64,000 nt of DNA from an uncultured Bacilli bacterium (lineage in GTDB: Bacteria; Bacillota_I; Bacilli_A; RF39; UBA660). The number at the start of each line of letters is the position of its first letter. Within the stretch, counting starts at the first letter, position 1. Below, in pieces: positions 17,665 to 27,427 of this stretch. The DNA lies in the NCBI GenBank assembly GCA_934098555.1, contig CAKOOQ010000001.1, positions 6,243 through 70,242 on the forward strand. Direction: 5' to 3'. Below the pieces are notes generated by a model that worked only from the letters and a program-made list of their open reading frames with translations, had not been told where the DNA came from and did not search any database. Both the position numbers and the translations under genes were made by a program.

Positions 17665-18780
17665 ATGCTTTTATATCGTGCTTTAAATGAAGAGGATGTA
17701 AAAAACTTATCTCTTAAAGAAGATATTCTTTGTCAGGCCAGAGAACATGATTTAAATCACGCTTCTATTATCGACATTATTTTCAGAAAAAATAATATAT
17801 TACCATCTTTTTATGTCATAAAACATATCAAAAACAATGCCAAAGATTCTATGTGGATTTCAACATCCAAAGATTTTAATTTTGTGGCCAGAGAGTACGC
17901 GATTGTTCAAGCAGGAAATTATAATAGTTATAAAAAGAGAAAAAATATAGCCATTTTAGATATTCCTGAGGAAGAGTTTTATGATTTAAAACAAGAGAAA
18001 AAAGGAAAAGTTAGACATAGTAGCTACCTTGATTTAGCAAAGAAAAATGCCTTACAAAAGTTAGTAAATGAAAAAGACATTCTTCCTTTTTATGTAGCTA
18101 AAGATGAAAAAGGACTTTGTATGACTATGGATGAAATTATAAAAGCAAAAAAATTAGAGGATGAAGACTCAAAAATACTTGTACCTTATTTTTCTGACTG
18201 TGCAAGTAAAGCACGAGAAGTCCTTATTTTTTCAGAAATAAAAAAAGAATACGTGAAAGGCATTTTGACACCTCTCATGCAAGACTATTTGTATGTTAAA
18301 ACGAAAAAGATAGAACAAACCATTCGTGTTAAAGGCTTTAGAACCCATGAACCTTTTGAAATCACCCAACAAAAAATAGAAGAAAAAGTAAACCAATGTG
18401 TCGAAGAATTTTTGAATCAAGACCTCCAAAATTGGCAAACGGACATTTTTAATAATAAAACGTTTTCTCCTTTTGAGAAAAATCTTATCCAATATATGTA
18501 CCAAGAAAATAATACCTTAGTTTTTTTAGTTAGTGATTTTTATAATGGTCAAAAAAGTGAGATAAGATACAACATTGAAAGTTTTTATGAAGTTTTAAAA
18601 GAAACCAAAAGAGATATTTTAAGGAAACTAACCGGTGAAAAAAACATCGCTCTTTTGGATGATGAGATTTTCGTTTTAAACCAAAACAAAAAAATACCCA
18701 AAGAAAGAAAAAACGATGTTATTTATTTTGTTAATAATGAGAAAAAATTAGTTTTAAATATGAAGCCATCCTTTAAATAA
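17665..18780 (+). CDS. Hypothetical 371-aa protein whose N-terminal region carries R-S-E ADP-ribosyltransferase-like motifs
   Basis: LLYRAL places R5, WISTSKDF gives S66-T-S68 and IPEEEF gives E102-E104. This spacing is similar to the cholera-toxin A1 arrangement R7/S61-T-S63/E110-x-E112. Confidence 0.35.
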   Translation: MLLYRALNEEDVKNLSLKEDILCQAREHDLNHASIIDIIFRKNNILPSFYVIKHIKNNAKDSMWISTSKDFNFVAREYAIVQAGNYNSYKKRKNIAILDIPEEEFYDLKQEKKGKVRHSSYLDLAKKNALQKLVNEKDILPFYVAKDEKGLCMTMDEIIKAKKLEDEDSKILVPYFSDCASKAREVLIFSEIKKEYVKGILTPLMQDYLYVKTKKIEQTIRVKGFRTHEPFEITQQKIEEKVNQCVEEFLNQDLQNWQTDIFNNKTFSPFEKNLIQYMYQENNTLVFLVSDFYNGQKSEIRYNIESFYEVLKETKRDILRKLTGEKNIALLDDEIFVLNQNKKIPKERKNDVIYFVNNEKKLVLNMKPSFK

Positions 18781-19501
18781 GATAACCATAAATAGCGATA
18801 AAGTGAAAAATAGTGCCAAAAATACAGAAAAAATGAAAAACACAATGAATGTACTTCTTTTTCGAACCGACGCCATATAAAATAGCTCCCAAAGAATACA
18901 TGACACCACCTAATATAATGAATAAAACGGGCGTAAGACCCATATGACTTATTAAAGGCTTAACAAAAAGTAAAACGCTCCAACCATTCATTAAATGACA
19001 TAAAACTTCAATCCACTGCACTTTATCAATATTTACACAAGAAGCGAAAATACCTACCAATGTAACTATGGCAACAAAACCAAAGAAAAAATAGCCTTGT
19101 ATGCCACCAATACCGACTAAAGAAACGGGTAAAATGGTTCCTAAAACAAGTAAAAAAACATTCGTGTGGTCAATCACTCTTAAAATTTTCTTACCCATAA
19201 TATGGGGTGACAGGGCATGATAAATACAGCTTATCGTATATAAAATTATCATGGCTGTTCCAAAAATCGTTACCGTTACTAAATTTGTAACACTTTCATG
19301 ACTGGCTTTTACAATCATTAAAATAAGACCGGCAATACTAAAAGCCGCGGCAATTCCATGGGATAAGGAATTAATAATCTCTTCACTTAAACTATAATTT
19401 GGAATTTTAATTTTGGATATTTCTTCTTTTAAAATATATCTTTCTTTCAAATTTACCACTTCCGAAGAAATTATACACTTTTTTAGAAAGAAAAGAACCA
19501 C
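18773..19501 (-). CDS. Hemolysin III family (PAQR/YqfA) channel protein
   Basis: The protein has seven TM helices, the N-terminal ...YSLSEEIINSLSHGIAAAFSI motif and a later HTNVFLL histidine motif. Confidence 0.6.
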   Translation of the reverse strand: MVLFFLKKCIISSEVVNLKERYILKEEISKIKIPNYSLSEEIINSLSHGIAAAFSIAGLILMIVKASHESVTNLVTVTIFGTAMIILYTISCIYHALSPHIMGKKILRVIDHTNVFLLVLGTILPVSLVGIGGIQGYFFFGFVAIVTLVGIFASCVNIDKVQWIEVLCHLMNGWSVLLFVKPLISHMGLTPVLFIILGGVMYSLGAILYGVGSKKKYIHCVFHFFCIFGTIFHFIAIYGYLI

Positions 19502-19516
19502 ATTTTTGCCTTTTTG

Positions 19517-20950
19517 TTAATTATTAACACGGTGATGAACAGTTGGCGTATCATTTGTGATAGCGCGAAAAGTATAACCATGAGAAAGACCAAATTTAAT
19601 AATACTTTCAACAGCATCCACACTAAAACCTTTAATATCATGTTGCAAAACCATATAAGTACTATTATTGCCTAAAGCACCAATGACATTGGAAATAACA
19701 GTTGCGGTATTAGTTGTTTCGCCTGCATCACCAGAAACTACATTCCAATCAAAATAACGAAATCCTCTTGCTTCAACGGCTTTTGTTAAAGTACTCATGA
19801 TATGTGTTCCGCCATCATAACTTTTACTTATGGTATTAGAACTTCCTCCTGGGAAACGAATAATATTAGCCGTATAACCTGTTATCTTTTTTACCTTATT
19901 TTGAATGGCATATAAATCATTAAAATAAGTATTTTCACTTGTATAAACGTTGTAATTATGAGAATAAGAATGAAGTCCTACCGTATGACCTTCTTGATAT
20001 TCTCTTAAAATAACGTCATCGTACCCCCTCGTCAAACCTTGACTGGTTACAAAAAAAGTAGCTTTAACATTATACTTTTTTAAGACATCTAACAACTTAC
20101 TTGTGTAATAACTTGGTCCATCATCAAAAGTTAAATAAATACTTTTACCCGCAGGAGCCGACGGATTATTTTGTTTATAAACATACACTTTTCGTTTTAT
20201 ATTTGCTTCATTTTGACTACTATCCACCACTTTATAAGATACTTCATATTCACCAGGAGTATTTGTATCCACTTTAGATTCAACACTTATTTTATCGGTT
20301 AAATCACCGTCACATTCATCCGTGGCCGTGGCCCCTAATTCTTCATATTTATCGCCGGCTTTGATAGAGACAACACTTTCTCCCTTTAAAGTTATTAAAG
20401 GTTTGTCTTCATCTTTTAAAGTAGCTTCTTTTTCCAAGGTAGCCTTATTACCAGATTTATCGGTCACCTCAAAAATAACTTTACTATTTTGATATTTAGT
20501 CTCTATTTTATCATTTACATCTTTGTCATAATTATCCTCTACCTTGACATTATATTGCCGAAGTTTACCATTAGGACAAACCGTAATATTTTCATCTTCC
20601 AAAGTAATATGAGGAGCTTCCAAGTCTTTTACTTCAATTTTTTGCTCTTTAAAAAATTTCTGTCCTTCATATTCATAAGTATATTTAAGGGTATATTCCC
20701 CAATTTTACTCGTGTCCACTACTCCCTCTTTTGAGACAGTCACCTCGTTACAGCTAAAGAAATTGCCATAACAAACCTCTCCACTGGCCTCTTTAAAATC
20801 ACTTTGATAATTTACTTCGACAACATCTTTAAATTCTTTTACTTTAAATTTACCTTTTAATACAGCATAGCTTACTAAAGGAATCACTATCAAAAAAAAG
20901 AAAAGTAATAAACCATACAAAATTTTTTTATCTCTTAACTTTTCAGGCAT
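19517..20950 (-). CDS. Polysaccharide deacetylase (NodB/CE4) with an N-terminal TM segment and Ig-like domains
   Basis: The C-terminus carries TFDDGPSYYT (the NodB TFDDGP motif) and HSYSHN. Repeated Ig-like modules sit upstream of the catalytic domain. Confidence 0.65.
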   Translation of the reverse strand: MPEKLRDKKILYGLLLFFFLIVIPLVSYAVLKGKFKVKEFKDVVEVNYQSDFKEASGEVCYGNFFSCNEVTVSKEGVVDTSKIGEYTLKYTYEYEGQKFFKEQKIEVKDLEAPHITLEDENITVCPNGKLRQYNVKVEDNYDKDVNDKIETKYQNSKVIFEVTDKSGNKATLEKEATLKDEDKPLITLKGESVVSIKAGDKYEELGATATDECDGDLTDKISVESKVDTNTPGEYEVSYKVVDSSQNEANIKRKVYVYKQNNPSAPAGKSIYLTFDDGPSYYTSKLLDVLKKYNVKATFFVTSQGLTRGYDDVILREYQEGHTVGLHSYSHNYNVYTSENTYFNDLYAIQNKVKKITGYTANIIRFPGGSSNTISKSYDGGTHIMSTLTKAVEARGFRYFDWNVVSGDAGETTNTATVISNVIGALGNNSTYMVLQHDIKGFSVDAVESIIKFGLSHGYTFRAITNDTPTVHHRVNN

Positions 20951-20962
20951 AAAACACCTCTT

Positions 20963-22042
20963 CTATTTTTGCAATGACATTAAGAAATGGGGTTCAGGAT
21001 ACTTACTAATAGGAACAAAGCCACTTGACATATGATAGACATCTGGTATACGGTTTACGACATCTGCACAAGTAAGCAACACCGTATTAGGTTCTTCATT
21101 TACGGTTCTTGTAGTAGGTTCACCAAAGATAGTCCAGTCGTTAATATCTTTTTCTTCTTCTGTATAAACTTTACCAATACACATAATTTCTAATAAAATA
21201 TTTTCTTTGGTACTTGCTTTAACACAAGCATTCATTCCCCTTACGTCACCTTTTTTCAAAGTCATATTAAGAGTACTACTTGTTAGTTCTTCATCTGTTA
21301 AAACAGGTACTAACTCTTGGGAAATATCCGTAATATGAAGTTGAAGTTTATCACATAAAGCTCCCATTACATTCCACATATAACTTGGAAAAAAAGCTCG
21401 ATTATCAATAAGATTTTGAAGGGTCTTTTTATCCATATGATTCATACTACCTATTTCTTTTTCAAATTCACTGTCTGTTAAACCTGCTCCATGGGCCTTA
21501 GCAAGGGCAATACCATAATCTTCTACATTATAAGAACTTATACCTTTAATTTTGGTTATTTTAGAAGTGGAAGCACAAATACTACTAATCATATTGCACC
21601 AGAAAATATCTTGATAACCACACCCTGTAATCGTGACATTAAACGCTTTAGCAAGCGAATCTAATTCCTGATAAAGATTTGGATTTGAATTTTCAGGATA
21701 AAAGGCTTCTTCACAAGTTGTTAAAACATTTACGCCATTTTTAACACATGTTCTAATAGATTCCTCAATATCATTTAAAAAGCTCATCGTTGCAATAATA
21801 GCAACATCAGGATGATTCTCTTTCAAGATTTTATCTAAGTCTTTCGCATCATTAATAAAAACATTTTTATCTTCTTTTTCCATGACAAAGCCAATATCTT
21901 TACCAATTAAATCTTTATTTTTATCAACAGCTCCGACAATTATTCCACCTTTTTCATACACATAACGCATGATATATTTGCTCATTTTGCCACAGCCAAT
22001 TTGAACTATTTTAAATTTTTCCATTTTTTCAACCTCTTTCAT
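20963..22042 (-). CDS. DapB-like NAD(P)-binding amine dehydrogenase / 2,4-diaminopentanoate-dehydrogenase-like protein
   Basis: The N-terminus [18 protein letters not shown] is a Rossmann fold. Overall length and layout resemble dihydrodipicolinate-reductase-family amine dehydrogenases. Confidence 0.4.
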   Translation of the reverse strand: MKEVEKMEKFKIVQIGCGKMSKYIMRYVYEKGGIIVGAVDKNKDLIGKDIGFVMEKEDKNVFINDAKDLDKILKENHPDVAIIATMSFLNDIEESIRTCVKNGVNVLTTCEEAFYPENSNPNLYQELDSLAKAFNVTITGCGYQDIFWCNMISSICASTSKITKIKGISSYNVEDYGIALAKAHGAGLTDSEFEKEIGSMNHMDKKTLQNLIDNRAFFPSYMWNVMGALCDKLQLHITDISQELVPVLTDEELTSSTLNMTLKKGDVRGMNACVKASTKENILLEIMCIGKVYTEEEKDINDWTIFGEPTTRTVNEEPNTVLLTCADVVNRIPDVYHMSSGFVPISKYPEPHFLMSLQK

Positions 22043-23018
22043 TTAAATCAACATTTTCTTCAACAATTAAATCTTTAAATTCTTCTTTAAAACGCTCGAT
22101 TTCTTTTACTTTAACATCATCATAAATGTTTTTGGCATTACAAATAGCCTTATAAATATGTTTTATTTTAACCGTTTTTTCATTATCATATAAAGCGTAA
22201 GTAAAAGCATTTGATAAAATCGTTAAACATATATCCGGATACCTAGAAGCCACTTCATACACTCTTTTATATTCATCCGTCATTTCCACGATAAACCACA
22301 TTATTTTTTCTTTAATAAAATCGCTGTAAGAAAGTTTGACCCCCATTTGGGTTTCTAATTTGTAAACGGTCCCCATTAAAATTTTGACAGTGTTTTCTTT
22401 AGACGTTTCTAAAACATCTATTTTTTGAAATCTTCTTAAAAACGCTCTATCTCGTAAAATATAAGTTTCATATTCTTCGGTAGTCGTTGCTCCAATCATT
22501 TTAATGGTTCCTCTATCAAGACCTGCTTTTAACATATTAGCAAAGTCGATGCCACCATTTGCGGATGCATTTTTATTAACCAAAACATGTGTTTCATCAA
22601 TAAATAGTATGGTCTTTTCTTTTTGATTTAATTCCTTTACTAATAAATCAATTCTATTTTCTGTTTGCCCATCACTTACCACAGAGCCAAGTAATGAAGT
22701 AATATTTACTTTAATAATTTCCCAGCCTTTTAAAGCATCAGGAACCAAATTATTTTGAATACGATACGCAAGTCCTTCTACTATCGCTGTTTTACCAATA
22801 CCAGGCTTACCTACTAAAAGAGCACTTTTTTCAGGAGTTAAAAGCGTTAATATACATTGTTTTATTTCCTCATCACGCGCAATGGCTGGGTCTGTAATAT
22901 ATTTTTTTTGAGTTAAATTTTCGCCGTATCTTTCTAACATACTGACTTCTGTATTTAATTGTTCCATAATTACCATCCTCTTTATAAGGATATCACAAAA
23001 AGAAAAAAAATTCACCAA
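22029..23018 (-). CDS. Stand-alone AAA+ ATPase resembling only the ClpA/ClpB D1 module
   Basis: [58 protein letters not shown] is nearly collinear with the ClpB NBD1 Walker A region. ILFIDETH is the Walker B motif. The gene overlaps the DapB-like gene by 14 nt. Confidence 0.55.
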   Translation of the reverse strand: MVNFFSFCDILIKRMVIMEQLNTEVSMLERYGENLTQKKYITDPAIARDEEIKQCILTLLTPEKSALLVGKPGIGKTAIVEGLAYRIQNNLVPDALKGWEIIKVNITSLLGSVVSDGQTENRIDLLVKELNQKEKTILFIDETHVLVNKNASANGGIDFANMLKAGLDRGTIKMIGATTTEEYETYILRDRAFLRRFQKIDVLETSKENTVKILMGTVYKLETQMGVKLSYSDFIKEKIMWFIVEMTDEYKRVYEVASRYPDICLTILSNAFTYALYDNEKTVKIKHIYKAICNAKNIYDDVKVKEIERFKEEFKDLIVEENVDLNERG

Positions 23019-23052
23019 AACAAAAAAAGAATCGTTAAATAAACGAAACTTA

Positions 23053-24636
23053 TTAATAAAAGTTAGAACAACTATCTTCTTCTATCTGATTCATTCCTTC
23101 TTTGTCAGTTTTTACGATTTTAACAACTTCATTTTCGGTAAATAAATTTTCGATAGATGTATCAATATAGGATTGATATGTTTTAAAAGTAAACTCATAA
23201 TTATCGCCAATAGAAACTTCATTTAAAAGAGCCTTTTTTACTTTAACAGTTTGAACATCGTCACTTAAAAAACTTTGTAAAGTTAAATAGATATAATCAC
23301 TATCACTACTTAAAACGCTATTCAAAATTTTATAAGTTCTTATAAATTCACAACTGGAATAATTAGTTTTATTTTGATAATATTTTTGACGATTTTTTTT
23401 AATCATAGCAATATTTTTTTCATTAGCGCTCACTGTTATAGTTGGTTCTAGTTTATAATCATAAACTTTTTTTTCTTTTAAATCTTTAATCATATGTCCT
23501 AAAATATCTGTTTTTATATTAATCTTCTCTAAAGTATAATTTAAATAAACAAGATTATCTTTTTTAACAATGTCCGTTTTCATGGCATTACTAAGGGGAT
23601 AATATTCATAAGTGACTTTAATTGTGTCTAAATTATTGTCAATATTATAGTTAGCAATATTGCCTATAAAAACAGTATCTTTATTCATAATAAGTTCTTC
23701 TGTTAACGTTTCTAATTTTAAATCACTTGGTACACCACTTATGAATTCCGTTTTAGAAAGTTCATCTAAAGCCATAACACAGCCTAAACCTAAAAGAAGA
23801 ATCGTACCAACAAAACTTATTAAAAACATTTTGGCATAGCCTTTACGGCTAGCTACAAAATGATATAAAATCATAAAAAATAAAAAGCCAAAGATAAATA
23901 ATGAAAAGATAATCAAATACAAACCAAAATAATAGACTTGGTGGAGAAGTAAATAAATGGCAAGGGCTAAAACAAAAACCATAACCATTAAATAAATACT
24001 AAGGGCAAAAAGCATAATAATAGCCCCAAATTTTAAAAGATAACTAAATATTTTAATAATGGTCTCGCCTTGAGGTGGAATGATATTATTTTTCTTCTCA
24101 TAAGAAATTTCTTTTTGGAAAAACTTTTTATCTAAGGCTGTTTTAAAAATATAAAAAGCCATCAAGATATAAGATAATTCTAAAATAAATTTCCAAACAT
24201 AGTAAAAAATACGATTAAAAGGGCTTGATAAAATATAAAAGATATTTTTTCCTAAATTAATAAGTAATGAAAAAGGAATGTGCCCTAAAGAAATAACTAA
24301 TAAAAAGAGTAAAATTTCGATAATTAAATAAACGATTTCTTTAAAAGATCTGCTACTTAAATCTTGACTAATGTTTTGAATGTAAGAAAGTAAATACTCT
24401 GAAAAATCTTCTAACGTATTTTTAGAAACTTCGTTTTTAGGTTTATATGTTTTATAAAGTTCTTTGGCAAGTTCTTTGGGACTACCAAAAACATTTACGG
24501 CCTCTTCTTCCGTTAAGCCCTTTTTTGTTTTATCTTCGATATAATCATTATATTCTTTTAAAATATCTTCGCGGTCTTCGTCATCGATATTTTGAAGATT
24601 ATCGCTTAATATTTTTAAAAATTCTTTTTTACGCAT
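23053..24636 (-). CDS. Membrane protein with an N-terminal DUF1700 (HAAS-type) domain
   Basis: The N-terminus [57 protein letters not shown] matches DUF1700. Several TM helices and an extracytoplasmic C-terminal domain follow. Confidence 0.5.
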   Translation of the reverse strand: MRKKEFLKILSDNLQNIDDEDREDILKEYNDYIEDKTKKGLTEEEAVNVFGSPKELAKELYKTYKPKNEVSKNTLEDFSEYLLSYIQNISQDLSSRSFKEIVYLIIEILLFLLVISLGHIPFSLLINLGKNIFYILSSPFNRIFYYVWKFILELSYILMAFYIFKTALDKKFFQKEISYEKKNNIIPPQGETIIKIFSYLLKFGAIIMLFALSIYLMVMVFVLALAIYLLLHQVYYFGLYLIIFSLFIFGFLFFMILYHFVASRKGYAKMFLISFVGTILLLGLGCVMALDELSKTEFISGVPSDLKLETLTEELIMNKDTVFIGNIANYNIDNNLDTIKVTYEYYPLSNAMKTDIVKKDNLVYLNYTLEKINIKTDILGHMIKDLKEKKVYDYKLEPTITVSANEKNIAMIKKNRQKYYQNKTNYSSCEFIRTYKILNSVLSSDSDYIYLTLQSFLSDDVQTVKVKKALLNEVSIGDNYEFTFKTYQSYIDTSIENLFTENEVVKIVKTDKEGMNQIEEDSCSNFY

Positions 24637-24932
24637 AACCTTCTCCTTCTATTCATCCTTAGAGTATCATTCTAAGAAAGGCTTGTCAATCAAAAAAGAG
24701 TAACCCATAGGCTACTCTCGGCGAATTTCCTTTTCTTAGAAAGAAAGTGTTATTTATATACATATAAATTTAAAGTTGTTTGGGGTAGTAATAATGACAT
24801 TAACGCTGTCAACGATAGGAAATCCACCATCAAACCTTTTTTGGCTTGACGCCTAATATACTAACCACTTTTACCATTTTTCGCAAGAGAAGATTTTGAC
24901 AAGTTTTGTCGAATAAATTATTTGACACAAGG

Positions 24933-26663
24933 TTATTTTTGCTTAACAATTTCTGTTTCATATAATTCTTTATACGGTTTGCAATTTTTAATAAGTTCAT
25001 TATGTTTTCCTTCGGCAACAATACGTCCATCTTCAATCATTAATATACGATCAGCATTTTTTACAGTTGATAGACGATGAGCAATTATTAAAATGGTATA
25101 TTCCTGTTGAAGGTTATCAATTGCTTGTTGAATCTTGGCTTGTGTTTCATTATCAAGAGCTGATGTAGCCTCATCAAAAAGAATGATTTCTGTTTTTTGA
25201 ACAAAGGCTCTAGCTATCGCTAGTCTTTGTTTTTGTCCTCCAGATAAAGTTATACCACCTTCACCAACAATGGTATCATATTTTAATGGCAAAGATTCAA
25301 CAAAATCGTCAAGAGCAGCCAAATGGCAGGCCTCAATCATCTCTTCTTCAGTTAAATCTTTTTTAACTAATTTTAAATTATCTCTAATACTCATATTAAA
25401 TATATAAGGATTTTGACTGACAATTGTAATATTACCTCGTATGGAATCTTTATCTAACTCTTTTATATCTACGCCATCAATAGTAATTTTACCATCATAG
25501 TTATCATACATTTTGCAAAGAAGATTAAATATTGTTGTTTTACCTGCTCCACTTTTACCTACAAAAGCAACTGTTTCATTAGCCTTTACCTTAAAATTCA
25601 AATGATTCAAAACTTTATTTTCCTTATATTTAAAATTAACATTTTTAAATTCAAAGTTACCATCCACTTTGTCTAAATGTTTATCTCCAAAAGTTTCTTT
25701 AACATATTTTTCATCTTCAAAAATATCAAATATTCTCGTAGCAGATAAATTAAACTTTTTAATTAATTCATGAAAGCCTGTAATATTTTGGACCAAACTA
25801 TTATACCGATTACCAAAGTTAAATAAAACAATACCCGTCGCGACAGCAAGAGAACCGTTCAAAACAGAGATACCAATAATAAATGAAATAACAAAAAGCG
25901 AAATAGCTGCCCAATACCACCTAATTACTAAATAAGTTAAATTAATTTTTTCCATGGTGTATTTTTCTGAATTTAAGTTTTCAAAACGTGTTCTAAGTTC
26001 ATCTAAAAAACTTTTTTCACCATTTAACATTTTAATATCTTCGGCACCTCTTACAATTTCACCCGTGAAACTTGTCATAGCATCATTACTCTTTTTGTAA
26101 TTTGCATTGTTTTTGTTGTAGATATTTATCCTTAACACTTCGATTATCATTCGAATAGAAAAAGCAAACAAAACAAAAATAAACACTGTTTTACTTAAAA
26201 TAAAATAAGTTATTAAAATACCAATATTGGCAATAATGCCATTAATGTATTTATTTAAATCTGTAAAAATAGTTGAAATATTTTTCGTGTCGCCAATTAA
26301 TCTTTGAATAAATATTCCTGAACCATTTTCTTCTAAAGTTTGATTACTAAGTTTCAATATTTCCGCACCTAAATCTGATTGAATATTTATATAGATTTGT
26401 CTAAATATTTTCTGATACAACTTACTCTTAAAATAATCCAAAGTATCTTCTAAAAGAATACAAATAAGAACAATTACAGACATATAAATAAATTGTTTTA
26501 TATTTTCATTTGTTAATAAAACGATTTGTTTTGCAGACATAAATGGAAATAAAATACTAAAACAAATACCAAAAACACTTAAAAGAAAATAGACAATAAT
26601 CTTCTTTTTTTCACTTTTCGCGTATTTCCACACGAACTTCACATTTTTTATAAACTCTTTCAC
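24933..26663 (-). CDS. ABC exporter with fused permease and ATPase (MsbA/MdlB-like)
   Basis: A six-TM N-terminal half is followed by a Walker A (GKSGAGKTT), an ABC signature (LSGGQKQRLAIARA) and a Walker B (ILFDEATSALD). Confidence 0.75.
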   Translation of the reverse strand: MKEFIKNVKFVWKYAKSEKKKIIVYFLLSVFGICFSILFPFMSAKQIVLLTNENIKQFIYMSVIVLICILLEDTLDYFKSKLYQKIFRQIYINIQSDLGAEILKLSNQTLEENGSGIFIQRLIGDTKNISTIFTDLNKYINGIIANIGILITYFILSKTVFIFVLFAFSIRMIIEVLRINIYNKNNANYKKSNDAMTSFTGEIVRGAEDIKMLNGEKSFLDELRTRFENLNSEKYTMEKINLTYLVIRWYWAAISLFVISFIIGISVLNGSLAVATGIVLFNFGNRYNSLVQNITGFHELIKKFNLSATRIFDIFEDEKYVKETFGDKHLDKVDGNFEFKNVNFKYKENKVLNHLNFKVKANETVAFVGKSGAGKTTIFNLLCKMYDNYDGKITIDGVDIKELDKDSIRGNITIVSQNPYIFNMSIRDNLKLVKKDLTEEEMIEACHLAALDDFVESLPLKYDTIVGEGGITLSGGQKQRLAIARAFVQKTEIILFDEATSALDNETQAKIQQAIDNLQQEYTILIIAHRLSTVKNADRILMIEDGRIVAEGKHNELIKNCKPYKELYETEIVKQK

Positions 26664-26763
26664 TCAACCACCTCGCTTAAAATTTTAACATTTTAGGACA
26701 TTTTTTCCAGTCTTTTATTTAATGAATAAATTTGATATAATATACTTGTATAAAAAAAAGGCC

Positions 26764-27378
26764 CTATTTTGTTAAAGGTCTTTTTTTGCTTCTTTTGTAG
26801 CTATTTAAATAACTCATATAACTGGCTATTAAATCTCCATCCATTAAATTATTAGGAACATCTTCAGGATAAAAGAATTTTAATCTCTTAGTTTCAGAAT
26901 CTCCCTTTAACCTAGAAGCATTTTCTAAGTTAACATCAGCAAGATATAAAGAGGTATTATTATAAACAATATCCCCGTTAGGATAACTATTTTTTCTAGA
27001 TTCTCCAGATAAAGTATCTATTAGAATTAAATTTTCTGGATTTAATTTAATTCCTGTTTCTTCAAAAGCTTCCCGGATAGCTGTTAGTCTTAAATCTTCT
27101 CCTAAATCTTGACACCCTCCTGGCAACCCCCATTTATTCCGATCCGTTCTTTCTTGTAATAGAATTTGTCCTTTTTCATTTCTAATGATAATAGCAGCTC
27201 CCGTTTGAATAAAAGGAATATGATTTATTCTATCATCTAATGCCATTCTAAATAAAACAGGATACCCACCATAATTACGACTTAATTCTAATAATTCTTT
27301 TTCATCTAAACTCATGACTAAATTAACAAATTCCTCATGAGAATATTCACGCATTTTTTTATATTTCATTGTTATCAC
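26764..27378 (-). CDS. NUDIX hydrolase
   Basis: The Nudix box GLPGGCQDLGEDLRLTAIREAFEETGI (Gx5Ex7REUxEExGU) is present. Confidence 0.7.
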   Translation of the reverse strand: MITMKYKKMREYSHEEFVNLVMSLDEKELLELSRNYGGYPVLFRMALDDRINHIPFIQTGAAIIIRNEKGQILLQERTDRNKWGLPGGCQDLGEDLRLTAIREAFEETGIKLNPENLILIDTLSGESRKNSYPNGDIVYNNTSLYLADVNLENASRLKGDSETKRLKFFYPEDVPNNLMDGDLIASYMSYLNSYKRSKKRPLTK

Positions 27379-27427
27379 TCCCTAAGCGTATTATATAATA
27401 ACATTTAAACAATTAAAAGTTTAATAA

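Noticed and set aside
24637-24932. Possible small RNA or attenuator in the 296-nt gap between the DUF1700 gene and the ABC exporter gene
   Set aside because: The only feature is a hairpin plus T-run (agagtagcc-tat-gggttactct-TTTTTT, minus strand), which is adequately explained as the exporter terminator. No conserved riboswitch core was recognisable.
24830-25036. 68-aa minus-strand ORF overlapping the 3' end of the ABC exporter gene
   Set aside because: It overlaps the strongly supported ABC ATPase C-terminus in another frame.
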